Origin: an uncultured delta proteobacterium
Lineage (GTDB): Bacteria; Desulfobacterota; Binatia; Binatales; Binataceae
NCBI GenBank assembly: GCA_963724765.1
Contig: CAVRVY010000001.1
Location: 1,152,001-1,216,000 of the forward strand
Reading direction: 5' to 3'
Length of the DNA: 64,000 bases
Made by a program: the position numbers and the translations under genes. Below the pieces are notes generated by a model, which was not told where the DNA came from, made no database searches, and saw nothing but the letters and a program-made list of their open reading frames with translations. This document shows, piece after piece, positions 19,616-32,348 of this stretch (the first letter of the stretch is position 1; each line of letters begins with the position of its first letter).

Positions 19616-20104
19616 ATGGAACTGCGGGAAATAAAAGCTCTGCTCGCACTGATGCGAGACTTCGGGCTGAGCGAGCTTGAAATCGAAGATAAAAAGGGCA
19701 AGGTGCGCCTGGTGCGCGCGGCCAACTCGGCCGACCAGCATCATCCGCCTCCGGCTGTCGTTCACCAGCGCGGCGTGACGCGCGTGGCCGTCGAAGCCGC
19801 CACAGGTCTTGGCGGTCCGATTTCGGACGCGCGGCCCGCGGCGGCGCAGGAACTCGCCCCCGGCCATCGCTACGTGCAGAGCCCGATGGTGGGGACGTTC
19901 TATCGCGCGGTGTCTCCCGATTCCGATCCGTTCGTGGAGGAGGGCGACAGCGTACGCAAGGGCCAGGCCCTGTGCATCATCGAAGCGATGAAGATGATGA
20001 ACGAGATCGAGGCCGAGATTGGTGGTAAGCTGGTTAAGATACTTTGCGAAAACGGCCAACCCGTCGAGTACGGGCAGCCCTTGATGGTAATCGAGGCCGG
20101 CTAA
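19616..20104 (+). CDS. accB: Acetyl-CoA carboxylase biotin carboxyl carrier protein
   Basis: [17 protein letters not shown] biotinylation motif, PVEYGQPL. Confidence 0.97.
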   Translation: MELREIKALLALMRDFGLSELEIEDKKGKVRLVRAANSADQHHPPPAVVHQRGVTRVAVEAATGLGGPISDARPAAAQELAPGHRYVQSPMVGTFYRAVSPDSDPFVEEGDSVRKGQALCIIEAMKMMNEIEAEIGGKLVKILCENGQPVEYGQPLMVIEAG

Positions 20105-20131
20105 GCCGCGCCTGGTGTAAACGACCGCGCC

Positions 20132-21511
20132 ATGTTTAAAAAACTGCTGGTAGCCAATCGCGGCACGATCGCCATCCGGATCATCCGCGCCTGCCGCGAG
20201 CTGAACATCGCCACGCTGGCGATCTATTCGACCGCTGACAAGGACGCACTGCATGTGCGGATGGCCGATGAGGCAGTCTGTATCGGGCCGGCTGCGGCCG
20301 AGGAGAGCTACCTCAACATTCCGGCGATCATCAGCACGGCGTTGACCTATGGTGCCGACGCGGTCCATCCCGGCTACGGTTTCCTGTCCGAAAACGGCGA
20401 CTTCGCCGAGGCCTGCCGCCGCTCGGGTGTGCATTTCGTCGGCCCGCTCGCGCGCCATATCCGCCTGATGGGTGACAAGCCGCGCGCGCGCCGCATCATG
20501 GTTCGCGCCGGCGTACCGGTGCTGCCGGGCAGCGAGGGTAAGGGCGTGACCGAAGTGCGCGAGGCGGCGGCCGACGCCAGGCGGCTCGGTTTCCCGGTGC
20601 TGATCAAGGCGGCGGCCGGTGGCGGCGGCAAGGGGATGCGCGTGGCGCGCGACGAGAAGGAGCTGAACCGCCTGTTCGCACTCGCCCGCGCCGAGAGCGA
20701 GGCGGCCTTCGGCTCGCGCACGATGTACCTGGAGAAGTACCTCGAGCACGCGCGGCACGTCGAATTTCAGATTCTCGCCGACACCCATCGCAATGTGATT
20801 CATATGGGCGAGCGCGACTGCTCGATCCAGCGGCGCCATCAGAAGGTGCTCGAAGAGGCGCCGTGCCCGGTGATGACGGCGCGGCTGCGCGAGAAGATGG
20901 GCAAAGCTGCCGTGCGCGCCGCCCAGGTAGTTGGCTATTCCAACGTCGGCACGGTCGAGTTCCTGCTTTCCGCCGACGGCAGTTTCTATTTCATCGAGAT
21001 GAACACCCGCATCCAGGTTGAGCACGGCGTGACCGAGATGGTGACCGGCGTCGACCTGGTGCGCGAGAGCCTGGCGCTCGCGATGGGCGAGCGGCTGCGT
21101 CTCAAGCAGCGCCAGGTCACGATCAGCGGCGCGGCGATGGAGTTCCGGATTTATGCGGAGGATCCCGACACTCACCTGCCATCGCCTGGCGTGGTGTCGA
21201 ATCATCATGCACCCGGCGGATTGGGCGTGCGGGTCGAATCGGCGCTGTACGACGGCTACCGCGTGCCGGTGCAATACGATCCATTGATCGCCAAGCTGAT
21301 TGTGCACGCCGATAATCGCGCGGGAGTGGTGACGCGGGCGCGTGCGGCGCTGCGCGAGTACCAGGTCGACGGCATCAAGACCAATATCCCGCTTCATCTG
21401 CGGATTCTGCAGGACCCGGATTTTTTGCGCGGCGAGTTCGCCACCGATTTTCTAAGCCGCTTCGAGCGCGACGCCAACGGCGCCGAGGCCGTCCGCGCCG
21501 CGGGGCGCTGA
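20132..21511 (+). CDS. accC: Biotin carboxylase
   Basis: HPGYGFLSEN, GGGGKGMR, ERDCSIQRRHQK, EMNTRIQVEH; follows accB. Confidence 0.96.
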   Translation: MFKKLLVANRGTIAIRIIRACRELNIATLAIYSTADKDALHVRMADEAVCIGPAAAEESYLNIPAIISTALTYGADAVHPGYGFLSENGDFAEACRRSGVHFVGPLARHIRLMGDKPRARRIMVRAGVPVLPGSEGKGVTEVREAAADARRLGFPVLIKAAAGGGGKGMRVARDEKELNRLFALARAESEAAFGSRTMYLEKYLEHARHVEFQILADTHRNVIHMGERDCSIQRRHQKVLEEAPCPVMTARLREKMGKAAVRAAQVVGYSNVGTVEFLLSADGSFYFIEMNTRIQVEHGVTEMVTGVDLVRESLALAMGERLRLKQRQVTISGAAMEFRIYAEDPDTHLPSPGVVSNHHAPGGLGVRVESALYDGYRVPVQYDPLIAKLIVHADNRAGVVTRARAALREYQVDGIKTNIPLHLRILQDPDFLRGEFATDFLSRFERDANGAEAVRAAGR

Positions 21512-21559
21512 GCCGCGATTCGTTATCAGTTCAACGAGCATTTTTTCCAGGCATCCGTT

Positions 21560-22633
21560 ATGAACGCCAACCTCCGCTCAGCTTTGATGCTTGCCGCATT
21601 GCTGGCGATCGGCGCGCGCTTCGCCACGCCGGCACGCCATGCCTTTGCCGCCGACTTACCCTCGGCGGGTTCGGCACTGCTCGGCGAGCAGTCGGGCTCG
21701 GCTGCGGCCGGGGCGCCGAAGGCCGAGGTTGCCGAACCGGCCTATAATTTCGGTACGGCGCTAAGCGGCCCGCCACTGAATCATGTCTTCATGATCAAGA
21801 ACGTGGGCAGCGCGCCGCTTGAGATCAGGAATGTCAACTCGTCGTGTGGATGCACTGCCGCCAAACCAAGCAAGAATATCCTGACGCCTGGCGAAGTTGC
21901 TACCATCGCGGCCTCCGTCGATACGCACTTCGAGCAAGGCCACAGCCTCTCCGTGATTACCCTGACCACCAACGATCCCGCCAACGCGTCGCTACAACTC
22001 AAGATCGAAGGCGTGATCAAGCCGCAAGTGGCGGCCCAGCCGATGGACCTGGACTTCGGCAGCGTTCATCGCGGCAGCGCGGCCACTCGCGACGTCGTCG
22101 TCAGCGACATGGTCGGAGGCAGGGGATTCGCGCTGAAGTCGGTAAAGAACGATAGTCCGTATATCAAGGTGACGGAGTCGGCGCGCACCGACGGCAAGCC
22201 GGGAGCGTTGCTGCACGTGGCGCTGTCGCCGTCGATGCCGCCGGGGCCGATCAGCGATACGCTGCGGATCGAGACCAGCCGCGCGCCGCTCAGAGTCGCG
22301 ATTCTCGGCGTGGTCACCGGCGATCTGGTGGTCAAGCCGAACCAGGTCTCGTTCGGCATCCTGCCGCATCATCAGGGAGCGGTGCGTATCGTGCGGCTCA
22401 CCAACCAGGGCAGCCACACCATCAACGTGCTCGGCGTGGACAGCACCAGCAATAGTGTCTTCGCCAAGGTCGCTCCGGTGACGCCGGGCAAGGAGTACAA
22501 GCTCACGGTGGCGCTCAGGCCCAACACTCCGGATGGCCAGATACGTGGCGCGCTGACCATCCGCACCGACGACCCGCAACAGACGACCCTGACCGTGCCG
22601 TACTACGGCATCGTCGGATCATTCAGGAGCTAA
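21560..22633 (+). CDS. Exported DUF1573-like Ig-domain protein
   Basis: Signal peptide (AFA), YNFG..F.IKNVG..PLEI..V.SSCGCT motif, two further repeats with FG starts. Confidence 0.8.
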   Translation: MNANLRSALMLAALLAIGARFATPARHAFAADLPSAGSALLGEQSGSAAAGAPKAEVAEPAYNFGTALSGPPLNHVFMIKNVGSAPLEIRNVNSSCGCTAAKPSKNILTPGEVATIAASVDTHFEQGHSLSVITLTTNDPANASLQLKIEGVIKPQVAAQPMDLDFGSVHRGSAATRDVVVSDMVGGRGFALKSVKNDSPYIKVTESARTDGKPGALLHVALSPSMPPGPISDTLRIETSRAPLRVAILGVVTGDLVVKPNQVSFGILPHHQGAVRIVRLTNQGSHTINVLGVDSTSNSVFAKVAPVTPGKEYKLTVALRPNTPDGQIRGALTIRTDDPQQTTLTVPYYGIVGSFRS

Positions 22634-22681
22634 GAGTCACATTATCAAGGGCTTATGAACGTCTCGTCCCCAGCTTCGCAC

Positions 22682-22711
22682 TTGTTTGGATAAGCTAGCG
22701 CCCCGTATACT
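22682..22711 (+). promoter_or_regulatory. Candidate sigma70 promoter
   Basis: TTGTTT-N18-TATACT upstream of the YiiX-like gene. Confidence 0.35.
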
Positions 22712-22765
22712 AGTTCCAGCGGCCGCGGCGCCCCGCAGGTGCTCCGGCCCCGAGACGGCTGGCCG

Positions 22766-23668
22766 ATGGGCGCATCCACACTGCTGGAGCCATTTCGCCG
22801 CGTGCGTGATGCGTTGATGCGTTTCGCAGTCCGTCAGCTCACCACGCCGCTTAAGCGCTACACCCTCGTTTATCCCAACGACCTGGCGGAGCTGAAACGG
22901 CAGATCCGCAAGGGCGACGTAGTCCTGGCTGAGGGCAACGAGCGTATCAGCGAGGTCATCAAATACCTGACCCAGAGTTCGTGGTCGCATTCGGCGCTTT
23001 ACGTCGGTGACGAGGCGATCAAGCGCGACCCAGAATTGCGGCTCAGGCTCGCCCAGGAATACGGCGAAGAAGCCAACTACATGGTGGTCGAGGCGCTGGT
23101 GCAGAGCGGAGTCGTGTTGACTCCGCTGGCGAGGTACCGCGACTTCAACGTCCGCATCTGCCGCCCCTACCGGCTCTCCGAATCCGATCTCCGGGTCGTG
23201 ATGGACGAGGCGCTGGCGCATGTCGGGCGGCAGTACGATCTCAGAAACGCATTCGACCTCGCCCGTTACTTTCTGCCGGTGAGCCTGGTGCCGGCGCGCT
23301 TTCGCCACACGGCCTTGCGCTTTGGCAGCGGCGACCCAACTCGCGCGATTTGTTCGAGCATGATCGCCGAGTGTTTCGCCCGGGTGCGATTTCCGATCGT
23401 GCCCAGGATCGAGCCGATGCCCGAAGGCTATCCGGTCGTTCATGGTCCGCCGCACCGGCTCGGCAAGTTGATCTCGAGGCCGGCCCATCTTCCGCCCGGG
23501 CTTTATCACATGATTTCGCCCTCGCTGATCACGCCGCGAGACTTCGACCTGTCGCCATATTTCGAGGTGATCAAATTCAACCTCATCGCTGGCTCACGCT
23601 TTGACTACCGCAGGATCGTCTGGGCCGACGAGAGCGAGGGACCCTCCCAGCTGGAGAAGGCGAGCTGA
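22766..23668 (+). CDS. Permuted papain-like (YiiX/YebB, NlpC/P60) hydrolase
   Basis: GDVVL, IKYLTQSSWSHSALYVG (His), AICSSMIA (Cys after His = permuted order), TPRDFDLSPYFEVIK. Confidence 0.85.
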   Translation: MGASTLLEPFRRVRDALMRFAVRQLTTPLKRYTLVYPNDLAELKRQIRKGDVVLAEGNERISEVIKYLTQSSWSHSALYVGDEAIKRDPELRLRLAQEYGEEANYMVVEALVQSGVVLTPLARYRDFNVRICRPYRLSESDLRVVMDEALAHVGRQYDLRNAFDLARYFLPVSLVPARFRHTALRFGSGDPTRAICSSMIAECFARVRFPIVPRIEPMPEGYPVVHGPPHRLGKLISRPAHLPPGLYHMISPSLITPRDFDLSPYFEVIKFNLIAGSRFDYRRIVWADESEGPSQLEKAS

Positions 23669-23782
23669 CGGGACTTGTGCGACGCGCGCCGGGTCTGCGA
23701 TAAGTAGGCAGCGCAGGCGCGCCGCGCCGTGTTAAAAGGTGGTGCCGGGCTCGCCCCGCGAATCCTGGACGGTATCGTGTGC

Positions 23783-24040
23783 ATGAGCAGTCGCGAACTT
23801 TTAGAGAAGGCGATAGCCAGAATTTTGCATCGACACTGCAACTTCGGCTGGGCGCATTACTACATCCCGAGCGAGAAGTTTCCGAGCCTTATCGAAGAAC
23901 TGGTTGAAGTGGCCAGTCCCGCGGGGCAGGTGAGTCACGAGGAACTGGTGCAGTTCTTCCTGCGCACGCAGCGGCTGAGCTCCGCCCAGGAGCGCGCGGC
24001 CAGGTTCGAGGAGGAGTTCGCGATCTATCGTCGAGGTTAA
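23783..24040 (+). CDS. Hypothetical protein (85 aa)
   Basis: Protein-like composition, host-like codons; no recognised motif. Confidence 0.55.
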   Translation: MSSRELLEKAIARILHRHCNFGWAHYYIPSEKFPSLIEELVEVASPAGQVSHEELVQFFLRTQRLSSAQERAARFEEEFAIYRRG

Positions 24041-24272
24041 TTGGCGTCGAGGTTGATTGGCGCCACGGCCGACCGCGCGAAAGCTGCCGATGCCGCGCCG
24101 CTACGCCGGCGCGTCTCGTCAGCGGCGCCGCGAACTTCAGGAAATCGTCTCGCGCTCTGGGAAGCGCGGCGCGCTCTGATAGGATAGCCTGCGCCCGGCG
24201 CAGACATCTCATACTTAATACGCCGCGCTGGCGCGAGCGCGATCGATTCTCCGACGGAGGTTTCATCCGACC

Positions 24273-24713
24273 ATGCCAATTAACCAGGCCGAGCCGCCGC
24301 AGGCTCACGAGATACTGAAGAACAACCCTGACGCAATTTATCTCGACGTCCGCACCGAACCCGAATTCGCCCAGGGCCATCCGCAAGGTGCAATCAACGT
24401 CCCGGTGGTTTTCATCAAGGGCCCGGGCCAGATGGAACTCAACGGCGAATTCGTCGACGTGGTGGCCAAGACGCTGGCGCGCGAGAAGAAACTGGTGGTG
24501 GGATGCCTGGCGGGTGGACGCTCGCAGCGCGCGTGCGAACTGCTCGAGGCGGCCGGCTACACCGACCTCACCAACGTGCGCGGCGGGTTTGGCGGCGCGC
24601 GCGACGCCTCGGGTCAGGTCGTGGTTGCAGGATGGCGCGAGGCGGGGCTGCCGGTCTCGAGCGAAGTCGGCGACAACAGCTACCAGGCGCTGCGGCGCAA
24701 GGCCGGGCTTTAG
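24273..24713 (+). CDS. Rhodanese-like domain protein
   Basis: LDVRTEPEFAQGHPQGAINVP, active loop CLAGGRS. Confidence 0.92.
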   Translation: MPINQAEPPQAHEILKNNPDAIYLDVRTEPEFAQGHPQGAINVPVVFIKGPGQMELNGEFVDVVAKTLAREKKLVVGCLAGGRSQRACELLEAAGYTDLTNVRGGFGGARDASGQVVVAGWREAGLPVSSEVGDNSYQALRRKAGL

Positions 24714-24746
24714 CGCGCGGACCCTGCCGCGCACGGGTCACAACAG

Positions 24747-25439
24747 ATGGCGATTCGGCTGACACGGATCTATACGCGCAGCGGCGACCGCGGCCTGACC
24801 GCGCTGGTCGGCGGCGCTCGCGTGGCCAAGGAGAGCGCGCGCCTGGAGGCCTACGGTACTGTCGACGAGCTCAATTCCATCGTCGGTATCGTGCGCAGTT
24901 ATCTCCCCGGCTACAAGCGCCGCTTCGGCAAGGATTACGGTTGGTATTCTGAAAGCCTGCGGCGCATCCAGAACGAGCTATTCGACGTCGGCTCCGAACT
25001 GGCGACGCCGCCGCCCGCTGAATACGCCGGGATGCACAGGATGAGCGCGGCGGAAGCGAAGAAGCTCGAGGAGGAGATGGACCGGATGCAGCAGGAGCTG
25101 AAGCCGCTCAACTCCTTCACGCTTCCCGGCGGCGGCGTGCTCAACGGCTTCCTGCACCAGGCGCGCACCGTGTGCCGGCGGGCCGAGCGCGTATGCTGGG
25201 CGCTGAGGCGCGTCGAGCCGATCAACGACCATCTGATGGTCTACGTCAATCGCCTGAGCGACCATCTGTTCGTGCAATCGCGATGGGTTGCAAAGCGGCT
25301 CAAGGAGCCCGAGTTCCTGTGGGACCGCGGGTTGCGAATCGATCCGCGCGCGGCGGTGGCGGCCAAACGACGGGCGGCCGCGGCGGGCGATAACGCGAGC
25401 GGCAAGGACAACGATGCGCCGCGGCGCGGCAAGCGCTAG
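24747..25439 (+). CDS. PduO-type ATP:cob(I)alamin adenosyltransferase
   Basis: IYTRSGDRG, AYGTVDELNS, IQNELFDVG, LHQARTVCRRAER, NRLSDHLF. Confidence 0.93.
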   Translation: MAIRLTRIYTRSGDRGLTALVGGARVAKESARLEAYGTVDELNSIVGIVRSYLPGYKRRFGKDYGWYSESLRRIQNELFDVGSELATPPPAEYAGMHRMSAAEAKKLEEEMDRMQQELKPLNSFTLPGGGVLNGFLHQARTVCRRAERVCWALRRVEPINDHLMVYVNRLSDHLFVQSRWVAKRLKEPEFLWDRGLRIDPRAAVAAKRRAAAAGDNASGKDNDAPRRGKR

Positions 25440-25476
25440 ATTTGAATTACGGCGCTAATCGCTTAATGACACGAGA

Positions 25477-25513
25477 CGGAATTGCCGGCCGAGTTGCCGG
25501 CGGAAGTTGCTGG
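25477..25513. repeat. Three imperfect 12-13 bp tandem units (..GA(A/G)TTGCCGG)
   Basis: CGGAATTGCCGG / CCGAGTTGCCGG / CGGAAGTTGCTGG. Confidence 0.65.
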
Positions 25514-25597
25514 AAGGATTGAAATTGTCGCGCGGACTGAGATTCCCGCGTTGAACGCGCGGCGGAGAGAGTAAAACCCGGAGAAAGTAAAAGATCG

Positions 25598-28377
<2,780 letters not shown>

Positions 28378-28392
28378 GAGCGCGCGACGACT

Positions 28393-28677
28393 ATGCCCGG
28401 ACCTGATTTGGCGCGGCTCAGGATGCTGGTGCACGGGCGGGTGCAGGGAGTATTTTTCCGTCATGCGGCGGCCGAGGAGGCTCGCGAGCTGGGGCTTCGC
28501 GGATGGGTGAAGAATCTGGCCAACGGCGACGTCGAAATCGTTGCGGAGGGGCAGCGCCGCGAGTTAAAGATCTTTGCGGCGTGGGCCAATCAGGGGCCGC
28601 GGCTGGCGCGCGTAACCGGGGTGGAGGAGGAATGGTCGGATTGTCGAGGCGAGGAGGGCGCTTTTACGATCCGTTAG
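28393..28677 (+). CDS. acyP: Acylphosphatase
   Basis: GRVQGVFFR, GWVKNLANGDVE. Confidence 0.95.
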   Translation: MPGPDLARLRMLVHGRVQGVFFRHAAAEEARELGLRGWVKNLANGDVEIVAEGQRRELKIFAAWANQGPRLARVTGVEEEWSDCRGEEGAFTIR

Positions 28678-28814
28678 TCCGCTGGTTAAGTATCGGACCC
28701 TTTCGCTTTTTTCTGTTATTAGCTATAGTTTTGGATGGTATAAGGAACTTGGCCTCGGCTATGACGCTGAAATTCGTCCGCCGCAGCCACGTAGCGCAAG
28801 GAGTTTGAACGAAA

Positions 28815-30716
28815 ATGGCTCTACCACCTGAGGCAGCCGGACAAGCCGCGGAATCGCACAGCATTGCCGGCGGCGGTGCCGGACACAAGCGGCGCGAGAA
28901 GGTCGACCACGTCGTCATTCGCTTCGCAGGCGACTCGGGCGACGGGATGCAGCTTGCCGGTATGCAGTTCACCACCGAATCGGCACTGGCGGGCAACGAT
29001 ATCGCGACCCTGCCCGATTTCCCCGCCGAGATACGCGCTCCGGCGGGAACGCTGGCCGGCGTCAGCGGCTTCCAGGTCAACTTTTCCAGCAGCGAAATCT
29101 TCACCGCCGGCGACGAGCCCAACGTACTGGTCGCGATGAATCCGGCGGCGCTCAAGGCCAACCTCGACGACGTTCCGCCCAATGGCGTGATCATCGCCGA
29201 CGTTGCGGCGTTTAGCGACTCCAACCTCAAGCGCGCGGGCTTCACTACCAACCCGCTCACCGATCATTCGCTCGACAAGTACCAGCTTTTCCAGGTCGAC
29301 GTCACCAAGATGACGACGCTGGCGCTGCGCGACTCGGGGCTCAACAACCGGGCCGTGATGCGCTGCCGGAACCTGTTCGTGCTCGGCCTGGTGTCGTGGC
29401 TCTATCAGCGGCCGATCGAAAGCACCGAAAGCTGGTTGGCCGGGCGCTTCCGCAAATTGCCGGACGTGCTGGCCGCCAACGTCAAGGCGCTCAAGGCGGG
29501 CTACAACTACGGCGAAACCACTGAGGCGTTCGCCAGTTCCTACGTCGTGGACCCGGCCCGGATAGCCTCGGGCTTTTACCGCAACATCACCGGCAACAGC
29601 GCAACCGCGCTGGGCTTTGTAGTGGCGGCGTGCCGGGCCAAGCGCCCGCTGTTCCTGGGCTCCTATCCGATTACACCCGCCAGCGACGTGCTTCACGACC
29701 TCGCCGGCTTCAAGAATTTTCCGGTCTACACCTTCCAGGCTGAGGACGAGATTGCCGGCATGGCCTCCGCGATCGGCGCAGCCTTCGGCGGCGCAATCGC
29801 GATCACCACGACCTCGGGCCCCGGGATGAATCTCAAGGCCGAGGCGGTGGGCCTGGCGGTCAAGACCGAACTGCCGGTCGTCATCACGGACATCCAGCGC
29901 GCCGGCCCCTCGACCGGAATGCCGACCAAGCCGGAGCAGGCCGACCTGCTGATGGCGATGTACGGGCGGCACGGCGAATCGCCGATTCCGATTATCGCGG
30001 CGGCGACACCGGGCGACTGCTTCGACTGCGCCTACGAGGCCGTGCGGATCGCGACCAAGTACATGACCCCGGTCATCCTGCTCACCGACGGCCAACTGGC
30101 CAACGGCGCCGAGCCCTGGCTGGTGCCCGACGTAAGCAAGTTGCCCGACATCAAGGTCGAGTTCCGCACCGACCCCAACGGCTTCATGCCTTATACTCGC
30201 GATCCAGAAACGATGTCGCGGCCGTGGGCGGTGCCCGGCACGCCTGGCCTCGAGCATCGGCTCGGCGGCCTTTCGACTGAAGACCAGACTGGCAATATCA
30301 GCTACTCGCCGGCCAACAACGAGCTGATGGTGCGGCAGCGCGCGCGCAAGATCGCGGGCATCGCGCGCGAGATTGCGCCGATCGAAATTTTCGGTGACGC
30401 GGGCGGCGGCGAACTGCTGATGCTCGGATGGGGCTCGACCTTCGGGCCGATTCGCGAGGCGGTCAAGCAGTTGCGCGCCAAGGGCAAGAACGTCTCGCAC
30501 ATCCACCTGCGCTATCTCAATCCGCTGCCGAGCGATCTGGGCGACAAGCTGCGGAGCTTCCGCAAGGTGATGGTCGCCGAGATGAACATGGGACAACTGC
30601 TCAAGATGGTGCGCGCCGATTACCTGGTCGACGCCGTGGGCTGCAACAAGATCCAGGGCCGTCCGTTCAAGGTCAGCGAACTGACTAATCGCATCCTGCG
30701 CGCGCTGGAGGGCTGA
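28815..30716 (+). CDS. korA: 2-oxoacid:ferredoxin oxidoreductase alpha (fused gamma-alpha) subunit
   Basis: FAGDSGDGMQ, PAEIRAP, YPITPAS, QAEDEIA, TSGPG, QRAGPSTGMPTK. Confidence 0.93.
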   Translation: MALPPEAAGQAAESHSIAGGGAGHKRREKVDHVVIRFAGDSGDGMQLAGMQFTTESALAGNDIATLPDFPAEIRAPAGTLAGVSGFQVNFSSSEIFTAGDEPNVLVAMNPAALKANLDDVPPNGVIIADVAAFSDSNLKRAGFTTNPLTDHSLDKYQLFQVDVTKMTTLALRDSGLNNRAVMRCRNLFVLGLVSWLYQRPIESTESWLAGRFRKLPDVLAANVKALKAGYNYGETTEAFASSYVVDPARIASGFYRNITGNSATALGFVVAACRAKRPLFLGSYPITPASDVLHDLAGFKNFPVYTFQAEDEIAGMASAIGAAFGGAIAITTTSGPGMNLKAEAVGLAVKTELPVVITDIQRAGPSTGMPTKPEQADLLMAMYGRHGESPIPIIAAATPGDCFDCAYEAVRIATKYMTPVILLTDGQLANGAEPWLVPDVSKLPDIKVEFRTDPNGFMPYTRDPETMSRPWAVPGTPGLEHRLGGLSTEDQTGNISYSPANNELMVRQRARKIAGIAREIAPIEIFGDAGGGELLMLGWGSTFGPIREAVKQLRAKGKNVSHIHLRYLNPLPSDLGDKLRSFRKVMVAEMNMGQLLKMVRADYLVDAVGCNKIQGRPFKVSELTNRILRALEG

Positions 30717-30721
30717 GAGAA

Positions 30722-31720
30722 ATGGCTACCGCTTTGACTCGCAAGGACTTCATCTCCGACCAGGAAGTGCGCTGGTGCCCTGGATGCGGCGACTACGCAA
30801 TCCTCGCTCAGGTACAAAAAATCATGCCGGAGCTGGGCGTCGCGCGCGAGAACACGGTCTTCATCTCGGGCATCGGATGTTCGAGCCGTTTTCCGTACTA
30901 TATGAACACCTACGGCTTCCATACGATTCACGGCCGCGCACCGGCGGTCGCGACCGGGTTGAAAGTCACTCGGCCCGAGCTCGACGTATGGGTGGTTACG
31001 GGCGATGGCGACGGACTGTCGATCGGCGGCAACCATCTGATTCACGTGCTGCGCCGCAACGTCGACCTCAAGATCCTGCTCTTCAACAATCGCATCTACG
31101 GTCTCACCAAGGGCCAGTATTCACCGACCTCGGAGGTGGGCAAGGTAACCAAGTCCACGCCCGCCGGCTCGGTTGATTTTCCGTTCAATCCGATCACGGT
31201 CGCGCTCGGCGCGCACGCGGCTTTCGTAGCGCGCACGATTGACGTCGAACAAAAGCATTTAGGCGAAGTTCTCAAGCGCGGCCACGCGCATCGCGGCGCG
31301 TCGTTCATCGAGATTCTCCAGAACTGCAACATCTTCAACGACGACGCGTTCAAGGAAGTTAGCGACAAGACCATCAAGGCGGACCATCAGCTCGTGCTCG
31401 AGAACGGCAAGCCGCTCATCTTCGGCAAAAACCGCGACCGCGGCATCCGCATGAACGGGATGCGTCCTGAGGTGGTACAGCTCGGCAACGGCGTCAGCGA
31501 AAGCGACATCGTCGTGCACGACGAGAGCAACCTCTCGCTGGCCTTCATGCTGGCGAACTTTGAGCCGCCGATGCCGACGCCGGTCGGCGTTTTCTACTGC
31601 GTCTCGCGTCCGACCTACGATGCGGCGATGAACAAGCAGCTCGAAGAGGCGCGCGCCAAGATGGGCGTGGGCGACCCACAAAATCTGCTGCGCCAGGGCG
31701 ATACCTGGACGGTCAACTAG
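30722..31720 (+). CDS. korB: 2-oxoacid:ferredoxin oxidoreductase beta subunit
   Basis: WCPGCGD, GIGCSSR, GDGDG..IGGNH, NNRIYGLTKGQ (TPP motif). Confidence 0.94.
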   Translation: MATALTRKDFISDQEVRWCPGCGDYAILAQVQKIMPELGVARENTVFISGIGCSSRFPYYMNTYGFHTIHGRAPAVATGLKVTRPELDVWVVTGDGDGLSIGGNHLIHVLRRNVDLKILLFNNRIYGLTKGQYSPTSEVGKVTKSTPAGSVDFPFNPITVALGAHAAFVARTIDVEQKHLGEVLKRGHAHRGASFIEILQNCNIFNDDAFKEVSDKTIKADHQLVLENGKPLIFGKNRDRGIRMNGMRPEVVQLGNGVSESDIVVHDESNLSLAFMLANFEPPMPTPVGVFYCVSRPTYDAAMNKQLEEARAKMGVGDPQNLLRQGDTWTVN

Positions 31721-31761
31721 ACAACAACAGTCTGCCGCAGCAATAGGACTTGATAGCAAAG

Positions 31762-31794
31762 GGCCCGGCGGCTTCAGCCTCCGGGCCTCTTTTT
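31762..31794 (+). terminator. Rho-independent terminator after korB
   Basis: GGCCCGGcGGC-TTCA-GCCtCCGGGCC followed by TCTTTTT. Confidence 0.85.
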
Positions 31795-31908
31795 CAAGGA
31801 TCTCACAGCCGCCGCTCCGATGTCGCGGCTTGCCCCCCCGCTCGCTGCTTGCTGCGTTAGTTCCGGTTCCGCAGCGCCGTGGCGTCAGCGGCCTGCCGTC
31901 CTGCTGCG

Positions 31909-32346
31909 TCAGCCGCGTCGTGGAAGCTCGACGCGTGCCCATCCCGACGCGCACAGCTCGCCCTTTTGGTTGCGCTCTTCGAGCTCGCACTCGACCACAC
32001 CCTCTTCAGCCTTGGCCACCGTGCCGGAGCAGGTCAGCACGTCGCCTGGAATCGCGATCCCGCGGTTCTGCCATCGGAACCTGAGCACCCGCGCGCGCGG
32101 TCCGGCCCAGTCGGCGACCGCCTGGTAGAGGAAGCTTCCGTGCAGATGGGCCTGCACTAGGACGTCTGGGTAGCCCTCGGTAGCCGCGTAGGGTTTGTCG
32201 AAGTGAATCCGATGCGCGTTCCAGGTCACCGCGCTAAAGCGGAAAAGCTGAACTGTGGTCGGCCGCTTCACCAGCGGCGTGAGCGCGGCGCCGATCTTTA
32301 CGTTCTCGAAGCAAAGCTGATGGCCATGCATGGTAGGGCTCTCCAT
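31909..32346 (-). CDS. MaoC/hot-dog (R)-hydratase catalytic subunit (Meh/HTD2-like motif)
   Basis: FRFSAVTWNAHRIHFDKPYA..EGYPDVLVQ; ATG at 32346, 2 bp after the upstream stop. Confidence 0.85.
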   Translation of the reverse strand: MESPTMHGHQLCFENVKIGAALTPLVKRPTTVQLFRFSAVTWNAHRIHFDKPYAATEGYPDVLVQAHLHGSFLYQAVADWAGPRARVLRFRWQNRGIAIPGDVLTCSGTVAKAEEGVVECELEERNQKGELCASGWARVELPRRG

Positions 32347-32348
32347 GG

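Noticed and set aside
20132-20180. AccC reads ANRGTIA instead of the usual ANRGEIA
   Set aside because: A single substitution with all catalytic and ATP-grasp motifs intact; not enough to suggest altered function.
19535-21397. 620-aa antisense ORF over accBC (likewise 28821-30596, 44723-46912 and others)
   Set aside because: Shadow ORFs expected opposite GC-rich genes; no motifs and biased composition.
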